A DNA stretch of 63,170 nt from NCBI GenBank assembly GCA_964619725.1, contig CAZUFC010000039.1, forward strand, positions 1 to 63,170, read 5' to 3'. This DNA is from an uncultured bacterium (lineage in GTDB: Bacteria; CSSED10-310; CAZUFC01). Within the stretch, counting starts at the first letter, position 1. Each line of letters opens with the position of its first letter. The notes beneath the pieces were generated by a model. It ran no database searches, was not told the DNA's origin, and saw nothing but the letters and a program-made list of their open reading frames with translations. Made by a program: the position numbers and the translations under genes. Positions 56,501 to 63,170 of this stretch are shown piece by piece.

Positions 56501-57978
56501 TTACTTTGCATCCCAACCAGGGAATAAGGATCGACTCGATAGACGCCAGCCCGACAATCGTCAATAACGACATAGACATCAACAACGGCTACCCCATCTA
56601 CTGCTACGCCAGGCACCTGGATAAGATTTACGCCAACAGGTTCGACGGCAACCTGCATCAGAAAATTTACGTGTTGGGCGAAGAGCTGACCGTCAGCGCG
56701 ACCTGGCATTATCACCCGATTCCGCTCTTGATCGACGGGGGAGACATCACCGTTGCCGGAGCGGCCGGAATTCCCGCCATACTGACGATTGAAGCCGGAG
56801 TAGAAGTGCAGTTCAACCGGTACTACCAGTTGATCGTTGGGTCTGCCAATATTCTGAACCAGGGCGGTCTTATCGTGAACGGCACGGGAGACAACAAGGT
56901 CAAATTCACTTATAACGACTACAACTGGCCCAGCACAGGCGGAGAATGGGACGGCATTTACTTCCATAACTACGCCATAGACAACCAGTGCAAGCTGGAA
57001 AACGTCATCGTCGAATATGCCGGTTACGGATCGAATCACAGTATCTACGCCAATGCCTGCACGCCGGAACTTCATTACTGCACCGTCAGACTCGGAAACG
57101 GCGCCGGCATCTGCTGCGCCACAGGTTCAGACGCGGACATCTACTCCTGCATACTGGAAAACAACACCCAATACGGAATCTATACCACTAATTACGGCAC
57201 AAGACCGTCCATCAGAAACTGCGTTATCTCAGGCAATCCTACGGGAATCTACATCAATAACCTCTCCTCGCCTATCATCGGCGGTTCGCCAGGAGAAGGC
57301 AATTACATCGTCGGAAATACCGATTACGGAGTCAGAAACGCGGATTCAAGCACATGTCCCGATGCACAATACAACTGGTGGGGGCATGCAGACGGTCCGT
57401 TTGACGAGAGTTTCGCACAGGATGATTGCGTTGACGACGGCAACGACAATCCGGCCGGAGAAACTGTCAGCGACGACGTCAATTACCTCAACTGGGTTAC
57501 TACGCCTATCTTTACGCCGACTCAAATACCCACGCCTACACATACTCCTACCGCCACTAATACTCCCACAGCATCACCCTCGCCCACGGAAACTCCTTCG
57601 CCAACCCTTTCGCCTACGGTTACGCTCAGTCCCACACCCACCAATTCGCCTATTGAAACCTGGACACCGACAAGAACTCCCTCCAGAACACCGACATCAA
57701 CGCCTACTTATTCACCGACCGGGACCCCGACGGAAACACCGGATACGACTTTTACGCCGACTCTCACCCCAACTTTGTCGCCTACGCTTACTGCCACAGG
57801 GACCCCCACGCTTTCGCCCACTGAAACACCCGAATATACCGCAACCGTAACGATGGTTCCTACCGAAGCGCCAGTGCCCGTCAATTCAAAGGCCGGCATC
57901 ATCATCCTCCTCGCAACGCTTTCCCTCCTCCTCGTCGGTAAAAGTCTCGTCAGTCCTGTTAAGGATGAGGTGAAATAA
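32566..57978 (+). CDS. Giant (8470 aa) surface protein of right-handed parallel beta-helix repeats; six tandem modules with Pro/Thr linkers and a C-terminal TM tail
   Basis: Single uninterrupted ORF; signal peptide; very many GIY...SSP.I..C.F..N coils; each module begins G.ITEDTTW and ends NWWG...GP...DDCV..G...VS.DV.Y.NW; ends [23 protein letters not shown]. Confidence 0.93.
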   Translation: MIRRTFWLFLFLSVAAASGIEARTDVWGDITEDTTWGLTSPDLDGVYVVVNDVTVRDGATLVIEDGVEVRFDGNRRLYVGGSSALDIGKLEAGGSDSAGILFTSDDSPSAGDYAGIHFRDSADDGSYLRYCTVEYGGYSTSSCIYFNSASPEISDCEVRLSSQYGMLLTGESEPEISDCVITSNGSYGIYCTDYAAPLISGTEFSGNGSGLYVNSDCYPTATGNTFDGNTNWPLAAYPNSLHNITGNTFINSATGYEGIHVYGANLSLDSVWDDQGIPYYISGDITVRGTDGTDLTTTLTLEPGVELKFHSSAGLTIGHGSNIGLTGRLTAAGTAGSEIIFTRWSESGTWDGLNFQRTSAADSLIDNAIIEYGGHNVTIDQASPTISQTEIRYASSYGINCQNYSYPLIDACSIYENSSHGVYLNSYASPLIMSASITSNGDRGVYLNSFCEPDILNSSISSNGNDGFYINSNDCRPMIVGCEINGNGSYPIRAYARQIGSFVSNSYSGNANEYLYVWGDTITEDAFWDNPGIPYRMAGNLTIRGQDGPDDITILTLDAGIEMRMGSRDRITVGHDSDPENCGAFYADGDPSNIILFTADTDSPSAGYWDGIYFSRYSGGSYSELDHCIVEYGGYDSDENIYCYASSPVLRNTESRYGSGPGLYCYYGASPEVIDCYIHENTNYGIYINDNSSPTITGTTFSENSSYGVYVQTESDPTFTDCIISQNANHGFYANHSNCDPTVTGCLFDGNDGYPLLVRARHVRNLSGNVFTNNTNEYLYVWGDTVPYDSVWEDPGIPYRINGDVTIQGQDGGDSITTVTISSGAELRFDSQRGIFVGHESDPDYPGALKVMGEASDPVLFTAHTDSPSEGYWDGLYFYLYSAGMGSELNHCVVEYGGYSSYENFYFNGGSAELNFVEIRMGSGPGVYCENGAAPSLHQCNIHDNTSNGINCNNSAPIITDCQITANSSYGVYIYSGASPQISGCEITQHNSHGIYVPDNSCAPQITGNAVNDNNNYPIRCRASHLDKMWGNTFTGNSNQKIRVDSDTLREDMTWRPQEIPYLMNGDVNVEGLEGVPAVLTIEAGVEMQWNRYYQLTIGSSNVLNKGGLLVNGVANDRVKFTYNDDNSPSSGGEWDGIYFHKYAEDGSCIVRNALIEYGGYSGNHGVYCNDSSPTLEYCEITTAHGAGVYCSDGADPNIDSCNIHGNTDYGVYTTGYGTDPQITRCMFSGQPHGIYVNDASLPVIGNVSGMGNNFAGNTSYGVRNTYSATCIDAQYNWWGDAGGPDDDSFGTDDCVDDGNDNNAGDKVSDDVNYLNWTTAAQETPTQVPTETFTVTATPTDTPVPTETPEPTGTFTEVPTVPPTATATLSPTRTATATPTFTDTPGALPSSTPTPTNTPFSTCTPYQVSGEITEDTTWALDDPACNGVYLVAGDVTIRNGAELTIAAGVEVRFNSNRFIYIGGSSSTDTGKLTAVGSAGSEIIFTSNQPIKTPGYYGGLYFRDSTEDTSRLEHCIAEYGGYSASANVYIDSASPVINDCVMRFGSGYGIRTHNWAHPEITDGLIDDCGNWGIYVSGNSSPVISGMTVADCSGGIYVDSNSFPVLASDHFERINGWPVQVDNPDEVVNLSDITVSDNNPDNKAIYVAGGTLTRDALWKKQGVPYYIASDLRIRGQNGPDSITTLIIQPGTEMRFGSNSGLFVGHDSNTTLTGELIADGGPGEDVILFSGWNETVGYWDGIYFSYYSSDDSILDYCAIEYGGSGGNRNIYLNHSSPFISHTSSSYGSGAGLYCYNYSAPLVTDCEFFNNSDHGIQVENFSGPAIIGCDISENANRGVYINNDSSPSLADCYIFENDSHGLAVVNTNCSVTVMNCVFEENDNYPVYAYAGQYGGFSGNSYIDNTYQELYVAGDTVEYDSVWENPGIPYKIAGNVTIRGEDGLDGVTALTIEAGAELLVGRYHYFYVGHDSNPDLPGALRVLGTESEKVLFTADREFPTNGDWRGIYFADTSADALCEMHHCIIEYGGYDDYSSSYENIYCYGSSPLLINVECRYGTGPGIYCNQGSNPVIVDCIFNNNSTYGVYVDYWSSPMISGGTIQENSSYGIYVTNYSSITMDGTAIVENNSHGLDIRHNHCSGTVTNCLFDDNDGYPVTAYARQYGNFRGNVYVNNANQYLYVRGDTVPTDGAWEDPGIPYLIAGDVTIRGMDGPDGITTLTIEPGVVLAMNSSRYFAAGEDGNPDNVGALRALGEASNKIIFTTDTDDPSPGYWDGIYFSEYSGDAQSELRHCVIEYGGDDYESIHINGSSPVISHCEVRRSSGPGVYCLADSQAVIAGCDFHENTNYGIQCDGASPAISGSEIYNNSSYGIYITGDSSPTITSSTIKLNPTHGIYVNSNTAWPTITGNLFEQNNSYPIRCNARHVGMIYDNIYVNNYHQKIRVDGNTIFTDATWRREEIPYLITGDITVAGNLGETAVLTIEAGAELQFDRYNQLYIGTNNVLNPGGLRVEGTASQKVLFTYNDYNYPPLTSGEWDGIYFHRFAEDAECVLRNLIVEYGGYSGNHSIYCNDSSPDLESCEVRWGNGAGIYCVNGSDASIVSCNMHHNNSYGVYSDGHGTNPAISHSTFSEQPYGIYVTNDSDPTVTACNLHYNGSYGLYATGNGTDPVIESSIFTDQPTGIYIQSGSEPVIGGSASSGNNIYGNSSYGVQNADSSTCIEAQYNWWGDADGPHDESFGADDCVNYGNFNEDGDIVSEDVYYLNWLSGPVDTPTPVPTATFTVTSTPTETPEPTETPEPTLTATPTETPELPTFTPTVGPTDTFTPTLTPTITATPTFTYTASPTTTCTPNGVSGEITEDTTWEVSAPCGGVYIVTGNVTIRNNATLTIEDGVEVRFDSNRFIYVGGSSSDDRGRLIADGTDGAGILFTSNQVYKSPGQYMGIYFRDSASDDSILDYCTIEYGGYSADANIYLEACAPTITNCVSRFSSNYGIRCQSQAHPDISNCLINDCNNWGIYVAGNSSPLIADNEIRNSNSGIYVSSDSYPVIEDNHFDGINGWPMQLDNPDEVPNTRGNTFSNLSIGNDAIYVAGGNISLDALWTAQGAPYYITSDLRVRGKDGVDEITTLILEAGVEMLFTSNAGLFIGHNSNINYPGELIADGDPGEDAILFSGWNETVGYWDGITFYRYSSEDSIMDHCIVEYGGSGGNENIYFDHSSALISNTISRYGSGPGLYCYNEATPHIIDCDFTENSGHGIYVHYNSSPYIFGCTCSYNTDRGIYINDGSAPVIDNCYLYENNNHGISIVNNNCSPTVTNCLFDENDNYPVYGYAGHFGGFNGNAYTDNYYQQIYVAGDTVSHDATWENPGIPYKITGNVTIRGQDGADEVTTLTIEAGAEFLVTRYNYFYVGHESNPDYPGAFRVMGTESEKVLFTADQSDPAPGDWRGIYFADTADDMLCELRHCIIEYAGYDSYNDTNENIYCYGSSPLLFNVESVYCSGPGLYCNQGANPVVINCAFKYNTSYGIYVDNWSSPAISGGLIQENSGYGIYVTNYSNINLDGVTIRENNNHGLDIRHNHCSGTVTDCLFDDNDGYPVTAHARQYGGFSGNTYVNNTNQYLYVRGDTVSTDGSWEDAGIPYRISGDVTIRGKDGPDSITTLTIEPGAVLAMGSSRYFYVGDDVNANYPGALRAIGEESNKIVFTADTDSPSPGYWDGIYFSKLSGGSQSELRHCVIAYGGADYENIQVNGSSPVISHCESYQCSGPGLYCYSGAQPIVENCDFHENTNYGIYCNDASPLISDSEIHNNSSYGVYIIGNSSPSISSSSIRQHPTHGIYINSNSAAPMITGTLFELNDSYPIRCSARHLGMIYNNAYVNNYHQKIRVDGATVQESALWRKEEIPYLITGDVTIAGEVGATALLTIEAGVEMQFERYTQLIIGTNNVLNSGALKVEGTPEDKVLFTYNDYYYPPLTSGEWDGIYFHQHSDDAQCALRHAIVEYGGYSSNHSIFCNEASPDIEYCEVRWGNGAGIYCTNDSDPAIFSCNLHHNNSYGIYTTGYGTDPVITNSIFTEQPNGIYIENGSEPVIGGSPGSGNNLFNHSSYGVRNTFGATCIEAQYNWWGDVNGPDDDSFSTDDCVNDGNNNELGDDVSDDVNYLNWLTGPIDTPTPLPTATFTVTPTPTETPEPTETPTPTLTASPTETPETPTETPTLAPTDTPTASFTPTITATPTFTSTASPTTTCTPIAVSGAITEDTTWTADAPCGGAYILTGNVTIYNNATLTIEDGVEVRFNSNRFIYVGGSSADDMGRIIADGTEGNGILFTSNQVYKSPGQFMGIYFRNSAADDSLLDYCTIEYGGYSANANIYCESASPVITNCVSRYSSSHGIYCNSLANPEISDCDILECSNWGIYVSGNSDPFISGNHIEGCGGGVYISSDSYPVVKDNHFDNIGGWPLQIDNPHEVPNTSGNTFSDLSVGNDAILVSGGIITVDSVWYKQGAPYYITGDLTVRGKDGPDVVTNLVLEAGVEMLFNSGTGLTIGHNTNLNYPGELDAYGYPGEGMIVFSGWEKTVGYWDGITFNYHASRNSALDHCIVEYGGYSSNENIYVSRAQITISNTISRYGDGPGLYCYDGAKPEVMDSDFTENSGHGIYVHYNSTPYIHGCTCSYNTNRGIYINDGSAPIIENCYLFENNNQGISVVNTNCAPIVINCLFDDNDNYPVYAYARHYGGFSGNAYTNNYYQQLYVVGDTIPTDGTWENSGIPYKITGDVTIRGEDGPDKVTTLTIEPGAVVLVGRYYDIYVGHDDNPDYTGALRAIGTESEKILFTADRDDPTNGDWRGIYFAAYSDDSLCELNHCIIEYGGYDSYNNSKDNIYCNGSSPLIQNTESRYGSGPGLYCVQGAEPTVIGCDFNHNSNYGIYVHDYSTPQISDSTVSENSSHGIYVNSHSEPVITSTSFLSNNSDGLRVGNNNCSVTVTDCLFQDNNNYPVSAYARQFGGFSGNTFVDNTYQYVYVYGDTIPVDSTWVDAGIPYRISGDIYIRGQDENDGLAVLTLEPGVVMMMGSSRSIDVGHDSDVDYPGALKVMGEASDKVIFTADTDTPSTGYWDGIYFSLYSGGSISEMNHCIVEYGGSGYENIQINSSSPVLNNVESRYCSGPGLYFNNGSHPVVNGGSFHENTNYGIYCNNSAPTITGAVFTSNSSHGLYVTGDSAPSVDSCSFNNHPSYGVYINSNTASPTVVNSSFTLNNDYPLYCRAGNLDDIYGNTYTNNLHQKIRVAGDRVATDSVWRDEGIPYFIDGDVTVAGFNGIPAILTVEEGVEIQFNRYQQLIIGEVNVLSLGGLRVEGTADNPVLFTYNDYNYPPSTSGEWDGIYFREYAVNEECILRHAKIEYGGYSGNHSVQCNNASPTLEHCEISYGNGAGVYCYNGAQPTIFACNIHHNNSYGIYATNGDTDPVITHCIISENPNGIYIENAAEPVIGGTEGSGNNIFDNSSYGVRNTYSTTCIEAQHNWWGDENGPDDNSYGNDDCVNTGNENDEGDQVSDDVYYLNWLSSPIDTPTPVPTATFTVTSTPTETPEPTETPTATLTPTETVAPDTATPTPTRTNTRTPTLTGTPTPSPSHTFTSTPSPTTTCTPYAVSGAITVDTTWENDAPCGGVYIVTGDVTVHNNATLTIEPGVEVRFNSNRRLYVGGTSEGDTGKLVADGTDMMRIVFTSNQVYQGPGQYDGIYFRDQADDDSILDFCTIEYAGHSTNANIYCEGASPVITNIVSRYSSSHGIYCTNNANPLITYGIITDCSGWGIYVTNASSPEISEMFLKSNSNGLYISSDSYPEVINNSFFSIGGWPIQIDNAHEVPNVIGNSFSDLADDYRAIRVAGGVMTRDGLWMNQGIPYYISSDITIRGQDGPDNITTLTLDPGIVLLFGSQVGLYIGSDSDLNKPGSIDAQGTPWGDAVTFSGWEETYGYWDGIMFNQYASDACIMDYCVVEYGGYSSYENIYIDESSPTIMNTHCRYGDGDGLYCINGSQAVITDCDFYSNSSRGVRIQSSSSPYLTGCWMYENSSQGLRVDSGSSPTIDSCVMFENNSYGLYISNTNCRPVVTNCIFDDNDTYPVYGYAGHFSGFQGNSYQNNLYQQIYVASDTITEDGTWENAGIPYKITGDITIQGRDGEDRVTTWTIEPGAELQIGRYYTIYVGHDDNPDYRGALSAVGTETEKIIFTADQNVPSYNDWRGIYFAAYSEDELCELTHCIVEYGGYDWHENIYCHNSSPLITNTASLYCSGPGIYCNNNASPDIIDCLCMYNSNHGIYCNNDSSPLISGGVMQENSSRGIYIHNGSSPVIDGCALIENNSYGISVVHLDSRPIITNCFFDDNDTYPLYAYARHIGGFSDNTFEDNLYQEIYVEGDTIPFDSVWDAPGIPYKVVGNITILGLDGEDEITTLEIEAGAELRMGSGRYIQVGNDTDFDAPGALRALGEASNKVLFTADTTTPSPGYWQGIYFTVYSGGSFSMLNHCIVEYGGSSYENIDCNASSPVISNVESHNCSGPGIYCRPGSSPSITDCHLHHNTNYGIYCSSASPEVEGSVISANSSQGIYIVGDSSPTISNCQIKEHPTYGIYVNSNTAWPVISGNTINLNNDYPIYCYARHAGRIYDNSFSGNLRQKIRIAGDTIPENAVWTNQGIPYLIDGDVTVAGVDGVPAIMRIRPGVELQFNRYHQLYIGTGGVLNRGGLIVEGVPEQRVRFTYNDDYNPPLTTGEWDGIYFHEHCDDESCIIKNAVIEYAGYSSNHAIYCNATSPTFDHCEISYGEGAGIYCTSGCDPVINACRIHDNTSYGIYTTGFGTDPVITNCIITSQPNGIYIESRSDPVIGGAAGIGNNIAGNTSYGVRNTNDTTCIMASNNWWGDVSGPDDDGFGIDDCVDDGNDNDEGDSVSEDVYYVNWNTAPIDTPTTVPTWTPTETPTQTPTATPTETPFLSPTPTDTPTDTPTAAPTDTPTEIPTESPTATETPVVSPTNTPTPTITTTVTCTPGTFSGSIVEDTTWSYSELCGGMIVITGNVTIHDNATLTIEDGVQVLFNDNTRMYVGGSSQDDFGRLIAQGSENAGILFTSNSDEPTHGSYDGIYFRDAADDSSILEYCTIEYAGHSQGANVYIEYSSPQISNCIVRYGSGHGIEISHGHPIIMDGEVSDCNNYSIRVTGESLPIISNMIMEYNYRGLYIASNSFPIVDGNYFAYISDWPIYITNPHEVPNVTNNVFENLTKDYTAIQVNGGTVTTDGVWDNQGIPYYINSDITVQGMDGSDGVTSITLEPGVTMLFGSQVGLMLGHDTDPNLPGGLDAQGSLEEGDILFSGWEENPGYWDGITFYEHGSDDSIMDYCVVEYGGYSSFENIWLNGCSPTISNTISRYCSRRGLYCNHSSSPIVTNCDFTDNSSQGIRIENESDPVITGCYIAYNSSQGIYIINSSAPSISDCEIFENNSYGIYINNNDCSPSITNCTFEDNDHYPLHAYAGQIDMFSGNTYIANLYQKIYVIGETIVDDTVWVDDGIPYQIVSYDLIIQGQDGEDLVTQLSLQPGVVLEMSSNLQVYVGHDTDEEAPGALYAVGDEENRIVFTSENANPSPGNWDGIYFAEYSDDTLCELTYCTVEYGGAGSWENIHCNGSSPVITNTQSLYGSGPGIYCNNGAEPIITDCDLLYNSTRGIHMENGSAPVITGCMSAYNGNQGLYMNGGSSPVISSSVFFENSSYGVYVNDTNSSPVITNCLFDDNDHYPLYAWAGQLNEIHGNTYVDNLYEQIYVRGEIVEIDAVWVNDGIPYKITDDIYVYGLNDETTTVTLEPGVVMEFMSQRGLTIGHDTIDARPGALYAVGTETEKILFTADTDTPSPGYWDGIYFSVYSDSNLSEVTHCVIEYGGYGSSPIYCNTSSPTITYTDLSYGPGPGLLCNTGANPTVDHCVIHHNNNQGVYCNNASPQITHCLIYSNSSQGMYLTNYSYPFISSNIITLHPNQGIRIDSIDASPTIVNNDIDINNGYPIYCYARHLDKIYANRFDGNLHQKIYVLGEELTVSATWHYHPIPLLIDGGDITVAGAAGIPAILTIEAGVEVQFNRYYQLIVGSANILNQGGLIVNGTGDNKVKFTYNDYNWPSTGGEWDGIYFHNYAIDNQCKLENVIVEYAGYGSNHSIYANACTPELHYCTVRLGNGAGICCATGSDADIYSCILENNTQYGIYTTNYGTRPSIRNCVISGNPTGIYINNLSSPIIGGSPGEGNYIVGNTDYGVRNADSSTCPDAQYNWWGHADGPFDESFAQDDCVDDGNDNPAGETVSDDVNYLNWVTTPIFTPTQIPTPTHTPTATNTPTASPSPTETPSPTLSPTVTLSPTPTNSPIETWTPTRTPSRTPTSTPTYSPTGTPTETPDTTFTPTLTPTLSPTLTATGTPTLSPTETPEYTATVTMVPTEAPVPVNSKAGIIILLATLSLLLVGKSLVSPVKDEVK

Positions 57979-58013
57979 TTAGAAACAGGGTTTATAAAAT
58001 TGTTAACTTGAAA

Positions 58014-58049
58014 CTTCGCGGTTGCTCAGAGAGTTGAGCAACCGCGAAG
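58014..58049. terminator. Strong hairpin between convergent genes, possibly a bidirectional terminator
   Basis: Perfect 15-bp stem CTTCGCGGTTGCTCA / TGAGCAACCGCGAAG with 6-nt loop; weak U-tract. Confidence 0.65.
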
Positions 58050-58183
58050 GAAATCTTCCGCAGTCAATCCTGAAGAAAATACCGGCGCTCGTCGAAGACT
58101 ATGGCGACAGGCTGCCTGGTTTTATATGCCCAGGAAAGCATACGGACCGTTATGAAGGTCTCTGACGGCATCGTTCCTTCTGG

Positions 58184-59635
58184 CTATTGCCTGTCTCTTT
58201 TTGTCCCCATCAAACGAGACAACAGTTTTTTTCCGGATTCTGTCGTTCGATAGCGCTGTTTTGGACTGGTGGGCTTTTCGGGGATGGTCATTTCTATTAA
58301 ATCTTCTTCCAGAAGGGGCTTCAAAAATCTATTGCGGAAACCGACGCGGTCGAAACGACCCCATAATTTTAACAGGTCTCTTAAAGCAGTCGCTTCACGG
58401 CATTTCTTGAGAATCTCAATCCGAAGCAGAGCCCGCGTCGACCCGGCGTCTGATTGCAGAACATTCGATTTTACTTCATAAATTGCTCTTTTTTCACTGA
58501 TATTGAAAATTTCGTCGTTCGTCGGTTTAAATTTAATATTGAAGAATCCGTCAACATTAAATACGGGAGGAGGGCATAGATGGTCCCGTGCCGCTTCTTT
58601 CATCCTCTGAATTCCAGTTCCGGCCTTTTCAATGAAATCTATTCTATGCAACAAGTCAGCCACGATTGGATTCCTTCTTACGCTTAAGGTTCCGAGTCTT
58701 TTTCTGTTAAGCCCTCTGGGCAGTCCGCCGGGATTGCTGATTTCTATCCGGTTGCTGTAAATTTCCACAAACACATTCGAGCCGATTTCGAAATAGTCTC
58801 GATGCATGACGGCGTTGGTTATCCCTTCCCTTAGCGCATTTACAGGATATTCGGGTACTTCCTGACGCTTGAGGCCTTCTATTCGATAAGCTGTCCGTGT
58901 GTTTCTTTCGATGAAACGAAGAGCGTCTTCAATATCCCTGACTATACCTTCGCTGAAATCCTTGCGATCCAATATGTGGACTTTGTCTCTGCCTCTGCAC
59001 AACAAGCAGGTTGTATAAGCCTGAGGAAAAAAACGACGTACATTTTTCGCGAAAAAAAGAACACCGGCGTTACGAAACAGTAATTTTCCCGATAGGCGCT
59101 CAGCAACATCGATGTTGACTAAGATATCTTCGATACGACCGCGGAAGCTGATACGGCTTCTGGAAAGCCAATCATCGAATTTATCCTGATCGAAATCATC
59201 AGGATAATGGAATTTTGAACATATAGCTAAATCGAAACGGATCGCCCCTTCGCTTCGGAAAAATTCCAATATTTCTGTCCTCGTCAACTTTTGCGTACTG
59301 GCTCCCTGGCGCCAGAAAAAACCTTCACGACATTGAACTGGCTTATTTTCAGCTTCACGAACAGTGACGACGAGAAGCCGGTCTATTGCTTCTATCAGAA
59401 TACTGACGGGCGGATCGCAATTTCTGGCAATATCCTGTATGCGTGCACGAATCTCGTTCGAATCCTGCACGCCGATAATAGTCCCATCATCCCGAACGCC
59501 TATTATAATTCTGCCGCCTGTGCTGTTCGCGAACGCCGCAAGGTCACGGGCAAATGAAGATGAAACAGATTCCTTATATTCAAGCATAGAACTTTCACCC
59601 TCATGTAGAAGTATTTCAAGATCGGAAGCTCTCAT
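58184..59635 (-). CDS. AlbA_2 (Schlafen-like) domain ATP-binding protein with RecG-C-like HATPase region and C-terminal winged helix
   Basis: GES..LEYK, AFANSTGG.IIIGV.DDG, ALREGITNAVMHRDY, IEISNPGG, RRNP.VA, IEKAGTGI, TIPEKPTSPKQRY. Confidence 0.88.
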   Translation of the reverse strand: MRASDLEILLHEGESSMLEYKESVSSSFARDLAAFANSTGGRIIIGVRDDGTIIGVQDSNEIRARIQDIARNCDPPVSILIEAIDRLLVVTVREAENKPVQCREGFFWRQGASTQKLTRTEILEFFRSEGAIRFDLAICSKFHYPDDFDQDKFDDWLSRSRISFRGRIEDILVNIDVAERLSGKLLFRNAGVLFFAKNVRRFFPQAYTTCLLCRGRDKVHILDRKDFSEGIVRDIEDALRFIERNTRTAYRIEGLKRQEVPEYPVNALREGITNAVMHRDYFEIGSNVFVEIYSNRIEISNPGGLPRGLNRKRLGTLSVRRNPIVADLLHRIDFIEKAGTGIQRMKEAARDHLCPPPVFNVDGFFNIKFKPTNDEIFNISEKRAIYEVKSNVLQSDAGSTRALLRIEILKKCREATALRDLLKLWGRFDRVGFRNRFLKPLLEEDLIEMTIPEKPTSPKQRYRTTESGKKLLSRLMGTKRDRQ

Positions 59636-59894
59636 TTTTTATGTGCTCCACTGACTTAGCTCCTAAAGTAACAAGAAAAAGCGAATCGAAGCCCTCTATT
59701 CGATTTCTTTTCTTTTTTCATTAAATTCGCATGCGTTAAAAGTCTATCGCCTGTTACATTTTAATGGGAAAAATGTCCTGGATCAAAGGAATTTTTATCA
59801 TTGATCAAATATCCATGTCTCAAGGTTATGGACAGGCCCTGAGTCAAGAAAGTAAAAAGAGCCGGCCCGATTATTTCCGGACCGGCCCTCTTTA

Positions 59895-60095
59895 GTTTTT
59901 GTCCATAAACGGCGAATTTTTCCCAATACTGCGTCAATCTTCGGATTTGCTCAGTCAAAGTATAAGCGCCGCCCCTGCCTTGCAAATCCTTACCATCCTT
60001 GTCTTAAGAAAAATTCGCTCGTTTATGGATCAAAAACCGCAGTGACTGTCCAGCATTAAATTTTGAATCGACAATCGAGTTTATGGACAGGCGCT
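59895..60095. mobile_element. Palindromic MITE-like element family A, most complete copy
   Basis: Inverted repeats GTTTTTGTCCATAAACGGCGAATTTTTC (59895-59922) and GAAAAATTCGCTCGTTTATGGATCAAAAAC (60008-60037), plus an extension ending GTTTATGGACAGGCGCT; near-identical copy from 63085. Confidence 0.7.
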
Positions 60096-60105
60096 CTTTA
60101 GATGC

Positions 60106-60315
60106 TTAGGATCGCATCATTTTGCCGTTGGGCATCATTTCATCTGGGGGCGACGTTCCATTCTTCTTTCTGTAAATTTTCCTCTGGCATTCATCCATCT
60201 TCGACCCCCTGCAATACATGGATACGAAACCCTGGCAGGCCAGCGCAGAGTCCTTGGACCTTCCATACTTGCGGAAAAAACCGCAATTGTTCAATAATTC
60301 ACATTCCTGTGCCAT
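60106..60315 (-). CDS. Small Cys-rich protein, probably metal-binding
   Basis: GGAGG RBS before MAQECELLNNCGFF; C-x5-C.FF...YC...C.R...P..M.PNG pattern. Confidence 0.7.
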   Translation of the reverse strand: MAQECELLNNCGFFRKYGRSKDSALACQGFVSMYCRGSKMDECQRKIYRKKNGTSPPDEMMPNGKMMRS

Positions 60316-60890
60316 TCTAACCTCCAATTGATTCTTGTTTAAGATTAATCACTCACGGCAATATTCTCTCTGTTTACCGATCATTTGATTTTTTCGGATC
60401 GTTGAAATCCTGATGTGAATTTGTTTCTATTCAGAAAACTGCATGAAGGTTTCTGAATCTTAAAGGATATTTTCAGGCAGGTGTATTTTTCGATTCCCAG
60501 ATTTCTCTGAAGGAATTTTTTATTCCGCTGAAATTTGTTCAACAGAATCTTAGAATGATGAATCCGGGAATAGAGAAGAGTTTCCTGCTGATCTCGAAGA
60601 GAATTGATGGGAAAATTGATTAACCAGGAAACTTCTCTAAGGAGGAACTTTCAATGCTCCATACATGGAATCTTCTAATCCTGCACAGTAGTGGAGACAT
60701 TGACATTTCAAGTCTATTTTTAATTGATGAGCCGGCAATGCAAACCGTCCAGTCGCTCACACCAGTATTAATACTGATTTTCATTAACATGTCAAATTTT
60801 TGCAAAAAAAGAATTACTAGTAATAGTAGCATAAGATGTTGCGGAGCACAATTATAAATTTGAGGGAGTTTATTATGCAGCAAGCATGGT

Positions 60891-61742
60891 TCAATCGACG
60901 GACAAAATCTCTGAATCGATAATATCGCCCTGGAGGCTGACGGTTACCGTATGGATGGGTATTTTCCTTTTCGCCTGTTTGGCGGCCTGTCCGGCGATAT
61001 GGAGGAGTCCACCGCAGCAGGGGACCTCCATGATGATCACAGTCAGGGAATTAATTTCCGCATCGTCAATGAGGGATTTCAGTTTTTCGATATAGATTTC
61101 TTTCCCCTGGTCGAGTTTAGGGCAGGCTACGGTGAGAGTTCTGTTTTTCAGGTGAGCGGGGTGAAAGTCCGGCAGTGAGAAACCGGCGCAATCGGCTGCC
61201 AGGAGCAGGTCGGAGTGATGATAGTGGTGTGCGAGGGGTGATATGAGGTGCATTTGTATGGGCCAGTGAGTGAGTTGAGATGACGTTTCATTTTTCGTTG
61301 CATCTGATACAGGATTTTTTTTACTGAAGGAGAATATTTTCGAGCCCGGGCATGCTTTGACAGTTTTTTGGGGCGCCGGTTCATCATATCCTTTCGGAAT
61401 ATTGATGTCATTTTTGTTCAGATACTCCAGCGCCTGTTCCAGATAATCCGTCTGGTTATGTTTTTTCAGATGCTCCAGGTGCGCTTTCAGGGTTTCGGGA
61501 CCCTGTTTTACGATATTGGCGATAACTTTACGTTCGTCATAGGGTTCCGCTTCGCGTTCTTCAACGGTTATAGCTCCTTCAGGACAATGGCCGATGCATG
61601 CGCCCAGCCCGTCGCACAGCAATTCTCCGACCATGCGAGCTTTTCCGTCGACAATACGGAGCGCACCTTCGGGACAATGAGGAATGCATTGTCCGCATCC
61701 GGTGCATTTTTCCTCGTCGATAGCGATTATTTTTCTTTTCAT
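60891..61742 (-). CDS. 4Fe-4S ferredoxin-domain iron-sulfur protein of the type usually linked to hcp
   Basis: CTGCGQCIPHCP, CDGLGACIGHCP, ACPGS, WPIQMHL, LLLAADC, ACPKLD, MEVPCCGGL. Confidence 0.88.
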   Translation of the reverse strand: MKRKIIAIDEEKCTGCGQCIPHCPEGALRIVDGKARMVGELLCDGLGACIGHCPEGAITVEEREAEPYDERKVIANIVKQGPETLKAHLEHLKKHNQTDYLEQALEYLNKNDINIPKGYDEPAPQKTVKACPGSKIFSFSKKNPVSDATKNETSSQLTHWPIQMHLISPLAHHYHHSDLLLAADCAGFSLPDFHPAHLKNRTLTVACPKLDQGKEIYIEKLKSLIDDAEINSLTVIIMEVPCCGGLLHIAGQAAKQAKRKIPIHTVTVSLQGDIIDSEILSVD

Positions 61743-61788
61743 GTTTGATTCCTTTCCGGGAAGGGTACTTTTTTCCTTTCCCGTAAAG

Positions 61789-61831
61789 AATATATCCGTA
61801 ATTGAAAGGTTATTCCTTGACCTGGGTCAAG
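61789..61831 (-). promoter_or_regulatory. CRP/FNR-family (HcpR-like) box with class II promoter geometry
   Basis: Palindrome CTTGACC-TG-GGTCAAG at 61816-61831; TATATT on the minus strand at 61794-61789, placing the box centre near -41.5. Confidence 0.65.
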
Positions 61832-61932
61832 CTGGGGTGAATTTTTTGAGGAATATCCGGTGTTGAAATATAGCATTAATGACATTACAATTTTACGCGG
61901 AGGCTTCCAGGATTTCAATAGGGCGGAAAGAG

Positions 61933-62964
61933 ATGAAGCGGATAATCGGAAAGGCGGGAGTTTTTATATTAAGCGTGATTTTTTCTTTGATAGCGATGGA
62001 GACGGCGGTGCGCTTATTCGATATACTTCCCAGTCCAATGTCCGCTTTGCCCATAGCCACGTTTCAGCTTTCAGAGAATCCTGTAATCAGGTACGAATAC
62101 ATTCCGAATCTTGAACCGACCCGGTATGCTTTTGATTCGGGTCATGAATGTTTCGTCACGAACGACGATGGTTTCAGGGATTACAGCTACGACGAGGAAA
62201 AACCTTCCGGCGTTTACAGGATAATCGTTCTGGGCGATTCAACGACAGCCGGCAACGACATATGCGATATGGACGACGTTTATGTGAAACGACTGGAGCG
62301 AATGCTCAACAAAGAAAGTGAGGAAGGGTTGAAATATGAGGCGCTGAATATGGGGGTAGGGGGATATTTTCCGCTGCAGGAGGCTGAAACTTTGCGGGTC
62401 AAGGGATTATCATACGATCCGGATTTCGTTATAATGACTCTTTGCTGCAACGATTTCGACCTGGTGAACGCGGACGGAGGCATTTACGATCTGCTCTGCG
62501 AAAAGAACCCTCGATCCGTCCAACGTCCGGAGTCTCGTCTATACAATTTTCTGTTGAGACGCTCGCGCCTTGTGTTCGTTCTTCATCACCGGACAGGTTC
62601 CAGTCCGGCGGAGCATGACCGATGGTATCAGGAGCACGTACTGAAGGGCAAAAACACGGTAGAGGCTGGTTTAGCTCTGCTGTCCCGGTTAAAACGGAGC
62701 CATGGGTTTGAATTGCTGGTTGTGCTTCTTCCTTTCTTCAAGGACCCATTTGATGAATACAAATTCTTCGGTATACACAAGGATTTTTTTCGTGCTGCCG
62801 AGGGATTGGATGAGATTCAAATCTATGATTTAACGGAAAAATTTGCGTGGATCGACAATGATGCTTCGAAATTTTCTTTTGACGGATGTCACATGAATGA
62901 ATACGGTCATAAAACGATGGCGGAAATATTGATGATGCTCATCAAGGATAAGATGAGACCGTGA
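61933..62964 (+). CDS. SGNH/GDSL hydrolase-family membrane-anchored protein
   Basis: N-terminal TM; TNDDGFRD, RIIVLGDSTTAG, NMGVGGY, CCND, DGCHMNEYGH. Likely start MKRII at 61933. Confidence 0.88.
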   Translation: MKRIIGKAGVFILSVIFSLIAMETAVRLFDILPSPMSALPIATFQLSENPVIRYEYIPNLEPTRYAFDSGHECFVTNDDGFRDYSYDEEKPSGVYRIIVLGDSTTAGNDICDMDDVYVKRLERMLNKESEEGLKYEALNMGVGGYFPLQEAETLRVKGLSYDPDFVIMTLCCNDFDLVNADGGIYDLLCEKNPRSVQRPESRLYNFLLRRSRLVFVLHHRTGSSPAEHDRWYQEHVLKGKNTVEAGLALLSRLKRSHGFELLVVLLPFFKDPFDEYKFFGIHKDFFRAAEGLDEIQIYDLTEKFAWIDNDASKFSFDGCHMNEYGHKTMAEILMMLIKDKMRP

Positions 62965-63031
62965 ATTTCAGATTCGCAGCATCAGAATGCCATTCTCTCT
63001 GCGATGACTGAGAAGGACTGATGCAGGGACA

Positions 63032-63076
63032 AAGAGCGCCGGCCGTCAAGCTGACGCTCGGACGACCGGCGCTCTT
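63032..63076 (+). terminator. GC-rich hairpin downstream of the SGNH gene
   Basis: AAGAGCGCCGGCCGTC / GACGACCGGCGCTCTT, 16-bp stem with one mismatch. Confidence 0.5.
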
Positions 63077-63084
63077 GGTCCTAA

Positions 63085-63170
63085 TTAGTTTTTGTCCATA
63101 AACGGCGAATTTTTTCCAATACTGCGTCAGTCTTCGGATTTGCTCAGTCAAAGTATAAGCGCCGCCCCTG
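63085..63170. mobile_element. Element family A, second near-identical copy, cut by the window end
   Basis: TTAGTTTTTGTCCATAAACGGCGAATTTT...GTATAAGCGCCGCCCCTG differs from 59892-59977 at only a couple of positions. Confidence 0.8.

Noticed and set aside
32570-57905. Many antisense and alternate-frame ORFs inside the giant gene (up to 478 aa, and VGVGV-rich ones)
   Set aside because: Shadow ORFs caused by codon bias and PT-linker repeats; no independent protein features.
59761-59985. 74-aa ORF sharing TEQIRRLTQYW.KFAVYGQKL with the 69-aa ORF at 62942-63151
   Set aside because: The identity comes from reading through the family A repeat; the sequences diverge at the element boundary.
60620-60883. 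87-aa minus and 67-aa plus ORFs in the AT-rich region
   Set aside because: No RBS or recognisable motif, and they overlap a promoter-like sequence.

Overview
Bacterial chromosomal window, probably from an anaerobic, little-studied lineage (taxonomy cannot be fixed from this window). Left to right: a frameshifted SecB-like gene running off the left edge; a gingipain-like C25 protease; a wzm/wzt glycan-export operon with GT4 glycosyltransferases; a five-gene PspA-like / ABC importer / AAA+ ATPase operon; a patatin 3' remnant; an RNA-modification cluster (tgt, SAM methyltransferase, RluA); a phosphodiesterase lipoprotein; a sigma54-type small stress-protein cluster; fbaB; a QNG1-type queuosine salvage hydrolase; an AAA_14/DUF4143 ATPase; a second C25 protease; a 25.4 kb gene for an 8470-aa six-module beta-helix surface protein; an AlbA_2 ATP-binding protein; a Cys-rich small protein; a ferredoxin-domain protein with an HcpR/FNR-type box; and an SGNH hydrolase. 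Intergenic DNA carries several copies of two palindromic MITE/REP-like families. Best candidates for an undescribed system: (1) the PspA(ESCRT-III superfamily)-ABC-AAA+ operon at 10545-16188, and (2) the giant modular protein plus the two proteases, which carry two kinds of non-T9SS C-terminal tails. No rRNA, tRNA, CRISPR array, transposase or reverse transcriptase was recognised. All family calls are from motif recognition by eye, not database searches.
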